This document shows, piece by piece, positions 31,168 to 40,984 of a stretch of 64,000 bases of DNA. The notes under the pieces were generated by a model that saw only the letters and a program-made list of their open reading frames with translations, was not told where the DNA came from and did no database searches. Source of the DNA: a bacterium (GTDB lineage Bacteria; UBA8248; JACPRG01; G963555815); contig OZ244653.1 in NCBI GenBank assembly GCA_965218795.1, positions 2,880,001-2,944,000 on the forward strand, written 5' to 3'. The position numbers and the translations under genes were made by a program. Numbering within the stretch: the stretch's first letter is position 1; each line of letters begins with the position of its first letter.

Positions 31168-33065
31168 CGGAATTGCGGCAGCTTCTTGAAGAAAGCGGAA
31201 TCGGAAAGGCTGTCGTCATCGACGACGTGTTCGACAATGCACCGCGTCCTGACGAACTGAACGAAGGCGATTGGTCGAATTTCTTTGATGACCTTGGCGA
31301 GGCCGGAAACACGCTTCTGTCGGAACTGCACGCGGGATACGAAGACGCTTCAACGGATGACCTGAAAGCCTCACGGGAATTTGTCGAGGTTGTGTGGGAG
31401 AACCGCCACAAACTGCCCCCCGCTACAAGCGATCACCTGTTCAGCGACTACGAACACACGCAGGCCACCGAACTGAAGAGACTCGCCGCGCTCGTCGAGG
31501 CATTGGAGACGCTAGGGCTGATCTGCACGACAATGGGGCGCGACTTCGATGAAGATGCCAAAGAGGCGGATCTGATCTTTGTCGATCTGTTCCTCGGCTT
31601 TCATCAGTCTGAAAGCGACATGGAACGTGCAATCCGCCGTGTCTCGAAACTCATAGCCGACCGCACACAAAGCCCCCCGCTGGTAGTCTTGATGTCTCGG
31701 AGCACCCAGCTCTGGGAAAAGCGTAATGAATTTCGTGATGAAGCGGGTCTTCTCGGCGCGACCTTCCGGGTTGTCAGCAAGGCCGACCTTGCCAAAGACG
31801 GTAAGCTGGAGACCATGTTGACGAGGCTGGCCAAGCACTACGAGGACGCCAGGCGGGTGGCCGCGTTCGTCCACGCGTGGGACGCTGGTCTGGACCAGGC
31901 ACGAAAGGACTTCGTTCAGATTCTTCGTCGTCTTGATTTATCCGACTTAGCGCAGATACGAGCGCTGTTGCTGGATTTCGAAGGGCAAATGCTGGGCGAA
32001 TACCTCTTGGATGTTGCAGATCGCGTCTTACAGCACGAGATAGAATCCCAAACAGGTACGATCTCGGCAGCCCAAGAATTAAACAAGATCGATTTAAGCA
32101 AATACCCAGCGCCGCATTTGGCCGGTTCTCCTGATTTGCAGGACCTTGTGCACCGGATGATCTTTCAACACGTTGAGCGGTTGAAACTCTCCTTCGATGG
32201 TGAGACGCCGACAATTCAGTTCGGGGACGTGCTGCGGTGCAAGGACGAGAGGTCCGAAGACTTAACAAATGATGTTTTCCTCATTGCAACGCCCGCTTGC
32301 GATCTAGCCCGTGGGGGGACGGAGTACGTGCTGGTTCTGCCGGGGACTCTCACTCCACTCGCCGCCGAAGATTGGTCTTATGGGGCGACGATGACCAAGA
32401 CTCCAATCTTCACATCCCAAGATGGATCAAGGTATTGGATTAGGTGGCATCTGAAAAATCGGCAAACAATCCCACTGACAACACTTTGCGAGGGCTGCCA
32501 GAATGGGAAAAGTTACGAGCGGCTAGGTCGTATTCGTGAGATGTATGCCACTGAGATTCAGCAGAAAATGCTGGCGGATATGGGACGTATCGGACAGCCT
32601 GCAAACCCTCCGGCAACCTTTCCGGTTTCTATTTTCCTGTTTGTAGTGTCTTCCAAAAGGAGAGCGCATTCCGTTGCGGTCGATGGCATAGATACGGCTG
32701 TATGTTTCGTGGGTCGAGATGCAAAAGGAAAGAGAGTGGATCATTTGGTACTCGGCGAAACGGCGTGTGATGCGTTTAAGGGCATGATCCAGGATTATCC
32801 GTCTGATGACGTATACCATGCGGCGCGGCCAAGCTTGGAAGACATGAAGACTGATCTTAATTTCTTCGAGCGATTTGAAAGTGGATTAATTGAAGTCCCA
32901 CAAAAAAATGGAAAATGGCAGGAGGAAAAGGGAGACGGCGATCGGGTGTATCTTCACATCGTACGCAATGAAGGTGTCGAAGATGGCCACGCTGCCCAAG
33001 GCAATCACCTCAATGCGCCCTTCGTCATGAAAGTCTCCGATATTCTCCCACCACAGGAGAAATAA
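31164..33065 (+). CDS. Atypical receiver-domain protein with long C-terminal extension
   Basis: AVVIDD, IFVDLFLG, VLMSRS, VSKADL; IATPACDL; ATGA overlap with the kinase. Confidence 0.7.
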   Translation: MTELRQLLEESGIGKAVVIDDVFDNAPRPDELNEGDWSNFFDDLGEAGNTLLSELHAGYEDASTDDLKASREFVEVVWENRHKLPPATSDHLFSDYEHTQATELKRLAALVEALETLGLICTTMGRDFDEDAKEADLIFVDLFLGFHQSESDMERAIRRVSKLIADRTQSPPLVVLMSRSTQLWEKRNEFRDEAGLLGATFRVVSKADLAKDGKLETMLTRLAKHYEDARRVAAFVHAWDAGLDQARKDFVQILRRLDLSDLAQIRALLLDFEGQMLGEYLLDVADRVLQHEIESQTGTISAAQELNKIDLSKYPAPHLAGSPDLQDLVHRMIFQHVERLKLSFDGETPTIQFGDVLRCKDERSEDLTNDVFLIATPACDLARGGTEYVLVLPGTLTPLAAEDWSYGATMTKTPIFTSQDGSRYWIRWHLKNRQTIPLTTLCEGCQNGKSYERLGRIREMYATEIQQKMLADMGRIGQPANPPATFPVSIFLFVVSSKRRAHSVAVDGIDTAVCFVGRDAKGKRVDHLVLGETACDAFKGMIQDYPSDDVYHAARPSLEDMKTDLNFFERFESGLIEVPQKNGKWQEEKGDGDRVYLHIVRNEGVEDGHAAQGNHLNAPFVMKVSDILPPQEK

Positions 33066-33414
33066 ATGGAGGCGGACGATCTTTTGGCAGAATCTGTATC
33101 CGTACGGTCAGTTGGCGGTCAAGACACGCTGTACAAACCGCCAGTTTTTTCGTGCGCAGATCTAACTCATGAACCCTTTCGCCTGTTAGGGGAACTAGCT
33201 CGCCTCGATGGCGACGATCAAGTGCTTCTTTGGGGGGGTTGTTAGAACCTCGGGCACACAGTTCGACGGCGATCGGACCGACGTACATGACGTGTTATCA
33301 CTGATTTTGGGTGCGGTGTTACGAGCATTCGGTCTCAGCTCTGTGTGGCTAGTAGATGAGCGGCACGGCTTTGTTCCGGGAGAAGTCGGGGCGCGGCAAA
33401 TAAGGTGGATTTAC

Positions 33415-34254
33415 CTATTTGTGACAGGCAAGACAAACCTTTGCTTTACCGTAAAGATCATCAATGTCCAGAGGCTTGCTATCCGGCCTTAACGGGTTGG
33501 GCGGTCCCTTCGACCGCATGCGGGCGAGCCGTTGTTCATAGTCCTGTCTGATCTGCTCGATCCGTTCCGGTTTCTCCAACTCTTCCAATGACTCGCCCTC
33601 GCTCCACGTAAACGGCGAGCCTTGATCGACGGCATCCTTTTCATAAGCCTTGGCTTCCTCGAAGGCGTCAGGGTGCCGCTCTTTGAGCCGCACCCATTCG
33701 ATCTTCTGCTGGAAGAAACAGAAGGTGCAGCCGCTACGGGTGCGCCAAGCATAGTATGTCGGCAACCCCAAGCCCGCGCTTTCCAGAATCTCCAGCACCT
33801 CTGCTTTATCGACGCCGGCTTCTTTGAAAGGAAGTCGCACGATGAGGTTGTCGTGCTTGGAAGAATACCCCTCGCGGTATTCCTCGTCCGCTCTGATGGC
33901 AACGTAGCTGTACACCTTGCCCCCGTTTTCGAGCGAGGTCCTGAGCCACTGCTCGAAGGGCCGCAGCTTCAGTTGCCGTGTGCACCAGCGCGTCTGCGGG
34001 GACGGTAGAAAATTGTTGTACTGTTTGAGCCAGAAATCGAAATCCCGGTCAGGGTTCAGGCGCAGTATCGGTTGCCCGAGAAAACCTTCCAGCCGCCCGA
34101 GATATTCGTAGACCTCGGGCAGTTCCTTGCCCGTGTCCGTAAAGAAATATTCGATATCCAGTTCGGGGTGATGTTGCCGCATATAGACGGCGAGGGCCGC
34201 GCTGTCGCGCCCGCCGGAAAGACCGAGTACGTGTTTCACAGGATCGGTCGTCAT
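33415..34254 (-). CDS. PAPS-reductase-family PP-loop protein (DndC/SspD-like)
   Basis: SGGRDS, DTGKELPE, RWCTRQLK, RSGCTFCFFQ, CLACHK. Confidence 0.92.
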   Translation of the reverse strand: MTTDPVKHVLGLSGGRDSAALAVYMRQHHPELDIEYFFTDTGKELPEVYEYLGRLEGFLGQPILRLNPDRDFDFWLKQYNNFLPSPQTRWCTRQLKLRPFEQWLRTSLENGGKVYSYVAIRADEEYREGYSSKHDNLIVRLPFKEAGVDKAEVLEILESAGLGLPTYYAWRTRSGCTFCFFQQKIEWVRLKERHPDAFEEAKAYEKDAVDQGSPFTWSEGESLEELEKPERIEQIRQDYEQRLARMRSKGPPNPLRPDSKPLDIDDLYGKAKVCLACHK

Positions 34255-37200
34255 GAAACGGCTCTTCCTTTCTCATTGTGCTGCTGCTTCGGTTTTTGCA
34301 TGTACCGTGTGCTGATTTTCGCCAGCGCCGCCAGAATGATGCTGCGACGGCTGGTGTCGGCCTCTTCCAGTGCGGCCGAGACACGCTCGATGAGCGCGTT
34401 CACGGCTGCATGGTCAGAGTCTGCGATATCGAATTCCTCCAGTATCGGCGCCGGTCGACCGTCCATGCCAATAACGACAGCCATCGCTTGGCGTTTCTCG
34501 GGTCGGCCCTTGACGCGCGCGTACGTCTCGGCGCGGAGGAATTTCTGCGCCATGTCGGCAAGCTCAATCGCCGCTTTGTCGAGATCGGGATCGACCCAAT
34601 CACGCGGCGGTTTGTTCGCGGCGAGACTGGCGATGCCCTCGAAACTCTCGTCGCTGCCGTCGAACTGCGATAGCCTGCCGACGAAGGCATCGAGCCGGAA
34701 GTCCCCGGCGAGCTGCCGGATGTTCTCGGCCCGGTCGCGCAATTCGGCCAGCGATTGCGGGGAGACGTTCGGGACTTGCAACTCCAAAAGCATGATATCG
34801 CGTAAGCGGTGGAGCATCGAGGGATAGGCCTGAACCAATTCCTCCAAACCGTCGCGGACGCTTCCAACGATCCGGCGCAGGTCCTCGTCATTGGCAAGGG
34901 AAACGTCTTCGCCGAGCGTTCCTGGAATGTCGTCGAACAGGAACTGGTTCGGATCGTGCGCGCGTTTGAAGAGATCGCGAATGTTCACGGCGTTCGTGGA
35001 AAGCCGCATCGTCCGCGTGGTCCATTGGGGGAGCTGATCGTAGATCGCCACAAGGCCGCGCCCGACATCGATGGGCTCCAAATGAGCAAGATCGTTGGCT
35101 TTGTCGAGATTGCGAACGACCTCCGCCATGTCTGACAACAGGCGGCGCGCGATATCGGTCAGGTCCATCCAGCGCAACTGGATGAAGGCCGCGTCCTTGG
35201 CCAGATAGCCGACATCCACATCATCGAATCGGGCCCTGAAAATACCGTCCCGATAGACCGCAAGCTTGTCTCGCCCTGACAGCACGAACGCGACGGCAAG
35301 TATCGGCATCAGCCCGTGCCTGACACCGAACGGCGGCTTGCGCCACAGGTCGAACAGTTCGGAGACGGCAACCGTGCGATTGGCGTGCTTCTTCACATGT
35401 GCGAGCGCCTCGTCCCACATGGGTGCCAGGCGGTGAGGATCAGCGCTGCTCTTCTTCGGGGAAACGAACCGCCATCCCTTGCCCTCTTGCGTGTAAAGTC
35501 CCGTCGCTTCCAATACGGATGCGAACAAGCCGCCTTCGGCCGGAAAACCCTTGATGCCAAGACGCGGCTCTCCCTCGTTCAGGACCATGCGCCGCAACAG
35601 GCTGTTTTGCGCCGCGATGGCGTTGCTTGACGGCTTCTGGCGATTCAGCAACTCGTTGTGCAGGCACGGCGATTGTTCGAAGCGGCGGTCGGCCAGCTCG
35701 GAAGCGATGCTGTTCAAATCGGCCTGCCGCAAGCATTTGGGCTGGTGGTTCTTGCGGAACCACAATGCATTGTCGAATGCCTTGTGCAGTTCCGCCTCAA
35801 GGAGAGCCTGCAAGGCCGCGAGACGGGCGGAGACTTCCCGCCGTGCGACGGGATCGCCGGCAAGTTCCGGGTGATCGTTGCTTACGTTATCGAGCGCAGA
35901 CAGCTCACGCGCCAGCGGCACGACAGCCCAGGACCGCTGCGAAATCCCGACGACCACATCCCATGCATCGCCATAGCGTGCCGCCTTTCGGCAAAGGTTC
36001 TCGGCGTATTCTTCGCTTTCTTCCTCGGTCGGGACCGCTAGCAGGAACTGGCCTATTGCGCCGTTCTTCGGCGCAAGGTTGGCGGCGAATTCGACGAGGC
36101 CGCTGACGGGAACGATGTTCACGTCGAACCATCGCAGCGCGCCTGTTTCATGGTAGTGGCGTTTAGCGAGAATCGGCTGAAGCCCGGCGAGGGATTTGAG
36201 TTCCTTGAAATCGACCTCGTCGATATCGTCGAGCGCGGCGCGGACCGCTAGATCGATATCGAAATCGCTTCCGGCGAAAATGGCGCGGGCGTCGAGGAAC
36301 TTCTTGAAGATTGTAAACGACCAGTCGTCGAGCTGCGACAGCGCTTTCTCAAGGGCCTTGGGGGATATTTCGGGGAAACAGGTTCGCAGCAGATCCGCTT
36401 TCGCAACGAGCCCCGAGCGCTCTTTGAACAGGTCAATGACAGAGATGGTCTTGAGCAGATTGATGTGAAGCGCGTCGCCGCCGATGGATTCGCAGCGTTC
36501 AAGCGCTTCTGCCGTCAAGGCCCATCGGTGTCCGTCGGGTGAGGCCAGGATGGATGGTTCCAGATTGGTGCGCAGATAGTCCCAAAGGCGATCCGGCCCG
36601 TACAGCTCGCCGTCCCCGGCGTGATTGAGAAAATCCTGAAAGCCGTGCGGTTCGGATGAGTTCAGAAAACCGAAGATGCTCCGCTGGTTTTGACCGAAGC
36701 GCCGCCGCGATATCGGCCCAAGCAAACAAGCCACGACGGGATGCAGCGGCCAGCACGCTTCCAACGTGGTAGCTAGCCGCACGGCGTCGCCGCCACGTTC
36801 CCGGAGCGCGAAGGCGGCGACCTTGGAACCTAGCCCACCGGGTTTTTTCGGAAGATGATCGCTCTCGATGGCGCGGGAGATCAGGTCGATCTGCTCTTCG
36901 CCAGCGGCATCGACGATGAGATCGATAAACCGTCCCTGGACTTTCGCCCACTCGTCACGCATCTCATGCGAGAGCCGATGCGCGTATTCCTCGAATGCCT
37001 GGTGCAGCACGCCCACCACGAGAAAACGGCCGTTGCTCCGCGATGCAACCTCGGCAAGCTGTTGGAGGATGTAGATGTCGGAGCCGTCCTGCGCGGCGGC
37101 TTCGAGAAACTTGCCCATCTCGTCGATGAACAGGATCAGTCCGCCGTGCGTCTTCGGCTTGGACGCGGCCGCCTCCATCAGGGCGGCGATCAAATTGCTC

Positions 37201-37640
37201 TCGGTCCAGCCGCCGCGCGGCACGCGCGATACAAGTCCTCCCCTTTTGACGGCTTCACCGATGACACTGACGGGATTGTCTCGCCTTCCGACAACGGGAA
37301 CGACGCGCCATCCCTTCGCGCCTGTCGGCAACGCGTTCCAGATCGCTTTCGTCAGCTTCTGCCCGAAGACCTTGGCCGCGTCTTTTTGCAATCCCGCATC
37401 GCCGTTCAGCAAGGCGCTCAACGCAACCACAAGGCTTGACTTGCCGCTGCCGTAGGGGCCGGTCCACGTAAACGCGCCTTGTCCCGTTTCGGAGACGTGA
37501 CGCGCCATCATGATCAGAACATCGGCCGACGATTGCGGACAGACAAATCCTTCGAGTGCGGTGGCATCGCCGAGATCGGCGTCGATACGGACCGATCTCA
37601 GAAAGCGCCGGGCTATGCGGACTCGTTCGTTGAGTGCCAT
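34251..37640 (-). CDS. Large P-loop ATPase, BrxC/SspC-like
   Basis: FLRSVRI, GPYGSGKSS, FIDEMGKFLE, EWAKVQGRF, WPLHP, FGQNQRSIF. Confidence 0.85.
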   Translation of the reverse strand: MALNERVRIARRFLRSVRIDADLGDATALEGFVCPQSSADVLIMMARHVSETGQGAFTWTGPYGSGKSSLVVALSALLNGDAGLQKDAAKVFGQKLTKAIWNALPTGAKGWRVVPVVGRRDNPVSVIGEAVKRGGLVSRVPRGGWTESNLIAALMEAAASKPKTHGGLILFIDEMGKFLEAAAQDGSDIYILQQLAEVASRSNGRFLVVGVLHQAFEEYAHRLSHEMRDEWAKVQGRFIDLIVDAAGEEQIDLISRAIESDHLPKKPGGLGSKVAAFALRERGGDAVRLATTLEACWPLHPVVACLLGPISRRRFGQNQRSIFGFLNSSEPHGFQDFLNHAGDGELYGPDRLWDYLRTNLEPSILASPDGHRWALTAEALERCESIGGDALHINLLKTISVIDLFKERSGLVAKADLLRTCFPEISPKALEKALSQLDDWSFTIFKKFLDARAIFAGSDFDIDLAVRAALDDIDEVDFKELKSLAGLQPILAKRHYHETGALRWFDVNIVPVSGLVEFAANLAPKNGAIGQFLLAVPTEEESEEYAENLCRKAARYGDAWDVVVGISQRSWAVVPLARELSALDNVSNDHPELAGDPVARREVSARLAALQALLEAELHKAFDNALWFRKNHQPKCLRQADLNSIASELADRRFEQSPCLHNELLNRQKPSSNAIAAQNSLLRRMVLNEGEPRLGIKGFPAEGGLFASVLEATGLYTQEGKGWRFVSPKKSSADPHRLAPMWDEALAHVKKHANRTVAVSELFDLWRKPPFGVRHGLMPILAVAFVLSGRDKLAVYRDGIFRARFDDVDVGYLAKDAAFIQLRWMDLTDIARRLLSDMAEVVRNLDKANDLAHLEPIDVGRGLVAIYDQLPQWTTRTMRLSTNAVNIRDLFKRAHDPNQFLFDDIPGTLGEDVSLANDEDLRRIVGSVRDGLEELVQAYPSMLHRLRDIMLLELQVPNVSPQSLAELRDRAENIRQLAGDFRLDAFVGRLSQFDGSDESFEGIASLAANKPPRDWVDPDLDKAAIELADMAQKFLRAETYARVKGRPEKRQAMAVVIGMDGRPAPILEEFDIADSDHAAVNALIERVSAALEEADTSRRSIILAALAKISTRYMQKPKQQHNEKGRAVS

Positions 37641-38596
37641 CAGGCAGCCTCTTTACCGGCACGCTCGCCGTAATCACCTGTCACCCAGGAAAGCGCCGTG
37701 TCCTCGCTGATATCGATACTGCGCACGACTTGCTTCAGACCGGCGGTCTCGGACCATCTGAGCGCACCGTCTGTCACATCGTCGAGCGTGGCGAGGCGGT
37801 CCGCCACATCATTTTCGTCGAAGAGGAACACACGCCCCGGGCCACCGGGCGCGTGGGCGATAGCCTCGAATGACAGTGTGGCTGCATCGGAATAGCGCGA
37901 CCAGAAATCTCTCAGCGCATAGATGAACACGCCGTCGCCCAATGTGGTCTTCGGGCCGCGCACAAAACGGAATCCGTCCTTTTTGCCGATAGCCTTGATG
38001 AGCCCCAACTCTGTCAGGGGCGACTCAAGCGCGTCGTCATGTCCAACCTTCCCGGACGGTTGGCGTGCGACGTAGGTGCGAATAAAACATGCGACATCGT
38101 TCTTGATGGTTGTATCGGCAGCTCGCGGCCAAGATCGAGCCTTCGCGAGTCGGCCGAGCTTCTTTACGAGATGGTCCCGCTCAAAGGTAATGGCGGGAAA
38201 GTGGCTGAATGCCCAGAACCAGGTTGTTTTCTCTTCGCGGGCCGCCAATTGCCAATGGATCAGCCATAGCGTGGCGGGGTGCTCCATATACGGATCGAGG
38301 CCGTTGGGCGCGAACAGAAGGCGTCCAAACTCCGTCGTCTGAACCGAGTTCGCCCCGGTCTCCTCGATCACGCGGGCAGCCTTCGCCCAATGGCGAATGG
38401 ACGCGACCATATTCTTGCCGACGCCAAATCGCGCGATGGCGTCTTCGCCCCAACAGGCAGCCCTGTTATCGGCTTCGGCCTCGGTTTCTGCGGCGCGGTC
38501 GAACGCCTTCTTCAGCCACCCGTAGCGTAGCGGGAAGGTCTCGTGGCCTGAAAGCTGCGGGTTATAGCCGTCTTGAAATAATGGTCCACGCGCCAT
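37640..38596 (-). CDS. DUF4007 family protein (SspB-like)
   Basis: SGHETFPLRYGWLKKA, FGVGKNMVASIRHW, DPYMEHPATLWLIHW, SPLTELGLI, ETAGLKQ. Confidence 0.92.
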   Translation of the reverse strand: MARGPLFQDGYNPQLSGHETFPLRYGWLKKAFDRAAETEAEADNRAACWGEDAIARFGVGKNMVASIRHWAKAARVIEETGANSVQTTEFGRLLFAPNGLDPYMEHPATLWLIHWQLAAREEKTTWFWAFSHFPAITFERDHLVKKLGRLAKARSWPRAADTTIKNDVACFIRTYVARQPSGKVGHDDALESPLTELGLIKAIGKKDGFRFVRGPKTTLGDGVFIYALRDFWSRYSDAATLSFEAIAHAPGGPGRVFLFDENDVADRLATLDDVTDGALRWSETAGLKQVVRSIDISEDTALSWVTGDYGERAGKEAA

Positions 38597-38752
38597 GCCT
38601 TCTCCGGCTCCTGGATGCTATCTCCAGTTCGCCTGTAGCCTACGTGCTGTGTATGCTATGGTCAACAGAAATTGGAGGAGTCCTTTAGCAACGAGCCACC
38701 TCGGAAAATCGGCCGTGAGCAAAGCGTTTCAGCCTTGGATCATTGAGACACA

Positions 38753-39955
38753 ATGAAAATGCGAAAGACCATCTATCTGGATCATCAGGCGACGACGCCG
38801 GTTGATGCGCATGTTTTGGCCGAAATGGCCCCATACTTTACTGATTCGTTCGGCAATCCGCATTCATCGGATCACTGTCTCGGGTGGGAGTCTTCGCGCG
38901 CCGTGGAAGACGCCGCTGCACGTGTGGCGAGACTGATCGGCGCGGATGCTGATGAGATCACCTTCACGTCAGGAGCCACTGAATCAAACAATCTGGCGCT
39001 GCTCGGACTAGGCCGGCGGGCAGTTGGGGGCAAGCGCCGTCGCATTCTGATCAGCGCGATCGAGCACAAAAGCATACTCGCTGTGGGGAGAGTACTGCAA
39101 AAGCAGTTCGGTTTCGCAGTCGAACAGATACCTGTCGATGGCGAGGGGTTCGTAGAGTTTTCAGCTCTGGAAGAAGCGCTGGACAGCGATGTTCTCGCTG
39201 TATCGATCATGGCGGTCAACAACGAGATTGGAACAATTCAAAACATAGAAAATATTTCGGAAATCATCAGGAGCAATGGAGCTGTCTTTCATTGCGATGC
39301 TGCGCAGGCGCCAACTGCGATGAACATGGGTTGTTTTGCGCAATACGCAGATATGATCAGCCTTTCGTCGCACAAGATGTACGGTCCCAAAGGGCTCGGG
39401 GTCATCTATATCTCGCGCGAATTCCACGGCAAAATCGAGCCGGTGATCTATGGTGGTGGGCAGCAGAACGGGCTGCGCTCGGGTACGGTCCCCGTTCCGC
39501 TCTGCGTCGGAATGGGTGCTGCAGCGGATAGGCTCATGGTCGACGATTTCGAAGACAGGTGCGAACAATTGCGCCATCGGCGCGATACATTCATCGAGAA
39601 ACTAGGGAAGCTGTCTTGGCCAATAGCCGTGAACGGTCCCCACGGGCAAGCTCGACATCCCGGCAACGCAAATATCCAATTCACCGGGTTTTCGGCGCAT
39701 GACATTCTTGGCTCTTTACAGCCGCATCTTGCTGCATCGACCGGTTCCGCCTGCACCTCGGGCATCCCGGAACCTTCGCATGTTCTCAAGGCCATCGGCC
39801 TGAGGGGCGACGAGGCCGAATCGTCCGTGCGTTTCAGTCTCGGTTTCGGCACATATGACGATGATGTTGATGAGGCCGTGAGCCTGATCGAGAACGCATT
39901 GGACAGGCTTTCGAAGGCCGATCGGGTTCGCCTTGCTGAATCACGATTTGGCTGA
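38753..39955 (+). CDS. Cysteine desulfurase (DndA/SspA/IscS-like)
   Basis: YLDHQATTP, GNPHS, FTSGATESNN, HCDAAQ, SSHKMYGPKG, GSACTS. Confidence 0.95.
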   Translation: MKMRKTIYLDHQATTPVDAHVLAEMAPYFTDSFGNPHSSDHCLGWESSRAVEDAAARVARLIGADADEITFTSGATESNNLALLGLGRRAVGGKRRRILISAIEHKSILAVGRVLQKQFGFAVEQIPVDGEGFVEFSALEEALDSDVLAVSIMAVNNEIGTIQNIENISEIIRSNGAVFHCDAAQAPTAMNMGCFAQYADMISLSSHKMYGPKGLGVIYISREFHGKIEPVIYGGGQQNGLRSGTVPVPLCVGMGAAADRLMVDDFEDRCEQLRHRRDTFIEKLGKLSWPIAVNGPHGQARHPGNANIQFTGFSAHDILGSLQPHLAASTGSACTSGIPEPSHVLKAIGLRGDEAESSVRFSLGFGTYDDDVDEAVSLIENALDRLSKADRVRLAESRFG

Positions 39956-40086
39956 ACGCCCTCGTCATTGATGGCCAACGCTCTGATCCGGTCTAGAGGC
40001 TTGCTTGTGGTTGCGGGGGTACGCAATAGCCGAGACTGACGTTCACTCGCTATCACGAGTTGAACGAGACAAGGAGGTACGAGCGC

Positions 40087-40608
40087 ATGACATCGAGCAA
40101 GACCCTGTATCTGGCGAACCCCTATGGGTTTTCCGCGCAGCAGCGCGGAGGGCCGCTGGCGGCGTTGGTGGCCGCCCTGGAAGCGATGGGCGCGGAGGTC
40201 TGGGAGCCGTTCGCCCGCAACAACCAGATCGACCGGACGAGCCCCGGCTGGGCCTACCGGATCGGGCAGGCCGACCTTGGCGACGTGCGCGACGCCGACG
40301 GGCTGTTCGCGGTGGTCAACGGCTGTCCTCCGGACGAGGGAGTGATGGTGGAGCTTGGCATGGCGATCGCGTGGGGGAAACCGGTGTTTCTGTTCCGGGA
40401 CGATTTTCGCCGCTGTACCGACAGCGAGGCCTATCCGCTGAACCTGATGGTGTTCACCGGCCTGCCGGAGACGGGTTGGGAGGCCTACTGGTATAGCTCG
40501 GTTGAGGAGATCGCCCGTCCGGACAAGGCGCTCGCGCGGTGGCTGAAGGGCAGCGTGGCGGCTGTCGAAACCGTCCCGATGTCCGCTACGGGCCGAACCG
40601 GCGAATGA
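40087..40608 (+). CDS. Nucleoside 2-deoxyribosyltransferase family protein
   Basis: LYLANPYGFS, DLGDVRDAD, PPDEGVMVELGMAIAWGKPV, NLM; AAGGAGG RBS. Confidence 0.88.
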   Translation: MTSSKTLYLANPYGFSAQQRGGPLAALVAALEAMGAEVWEPFARNNQIDRTSPGWAYRIGQADLGDVRDADGLFAVVNGCPPDEGVMVELGMAIAWGKPVFLFRDDFRRCTDSEAYPLNLMVFTGLPETGWEAYWYSSVEEIARPDKALARWLKGSVAAVETVPMSATGRTGE

Positions 40609-40984
40609 TTGCCAGGCGCACGACGCCGAGATCGTTCTCGATCGTGTAAGCGCACGGCCTCGGAGGATTGTCCGGCCCGCAACGGTTCTCGCCGGAGCGG
40701 TTCACGTAATGGGCGCTCCGCCCGAAATTCAACGACGCGCCTTCGAGCGGCAGCGTCCAGGCATCGGCCAGTGGAACTTCCACACCCGTACCGATTGGAG
40801 TTGCACCGTTTAGGTGGACCCCTTCAGACTGGAGTTACTTTTCGATGGACGGCTTAAGGCTTTCGCCACCAGCCCTGAGGTGGATGGAGCCCGGTCCCCA
40901 GCCGGTTGTGTATGGCGCCGAAGGCCTCGCCGAGCTTGTCGTCCTTTGGATTGATCCTGGCCTCAGCGAGCGCAGATCTTGCTC

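Noticed and set aside
33066-33414. Short ORFs between the receiver and the PAPS reductase
   Set aside because: About 60-95 aa on both strands with no motifs; cannot be supported as genes.
23663-39955. Calling the locus canonical dndABCDE, sspABCD-E or BREX type 4
   Set aside because: No recognisable DndB, SspE, PglZ or BrxL, and the PAPS reductase is short and unfused; gene symbols withheld.
38753-39955. Housekeeping iscS
   Set aside because: No iscR/iscU/suf neighbours; island composition and position beside DUF4007 favour a DndA/SspA role.
40785-40830. IS3-like terminal sequence tggagttgcaccgtttaggtggac
   Set aside because: Single short resemblance with no partner or transposase; too weak to call.
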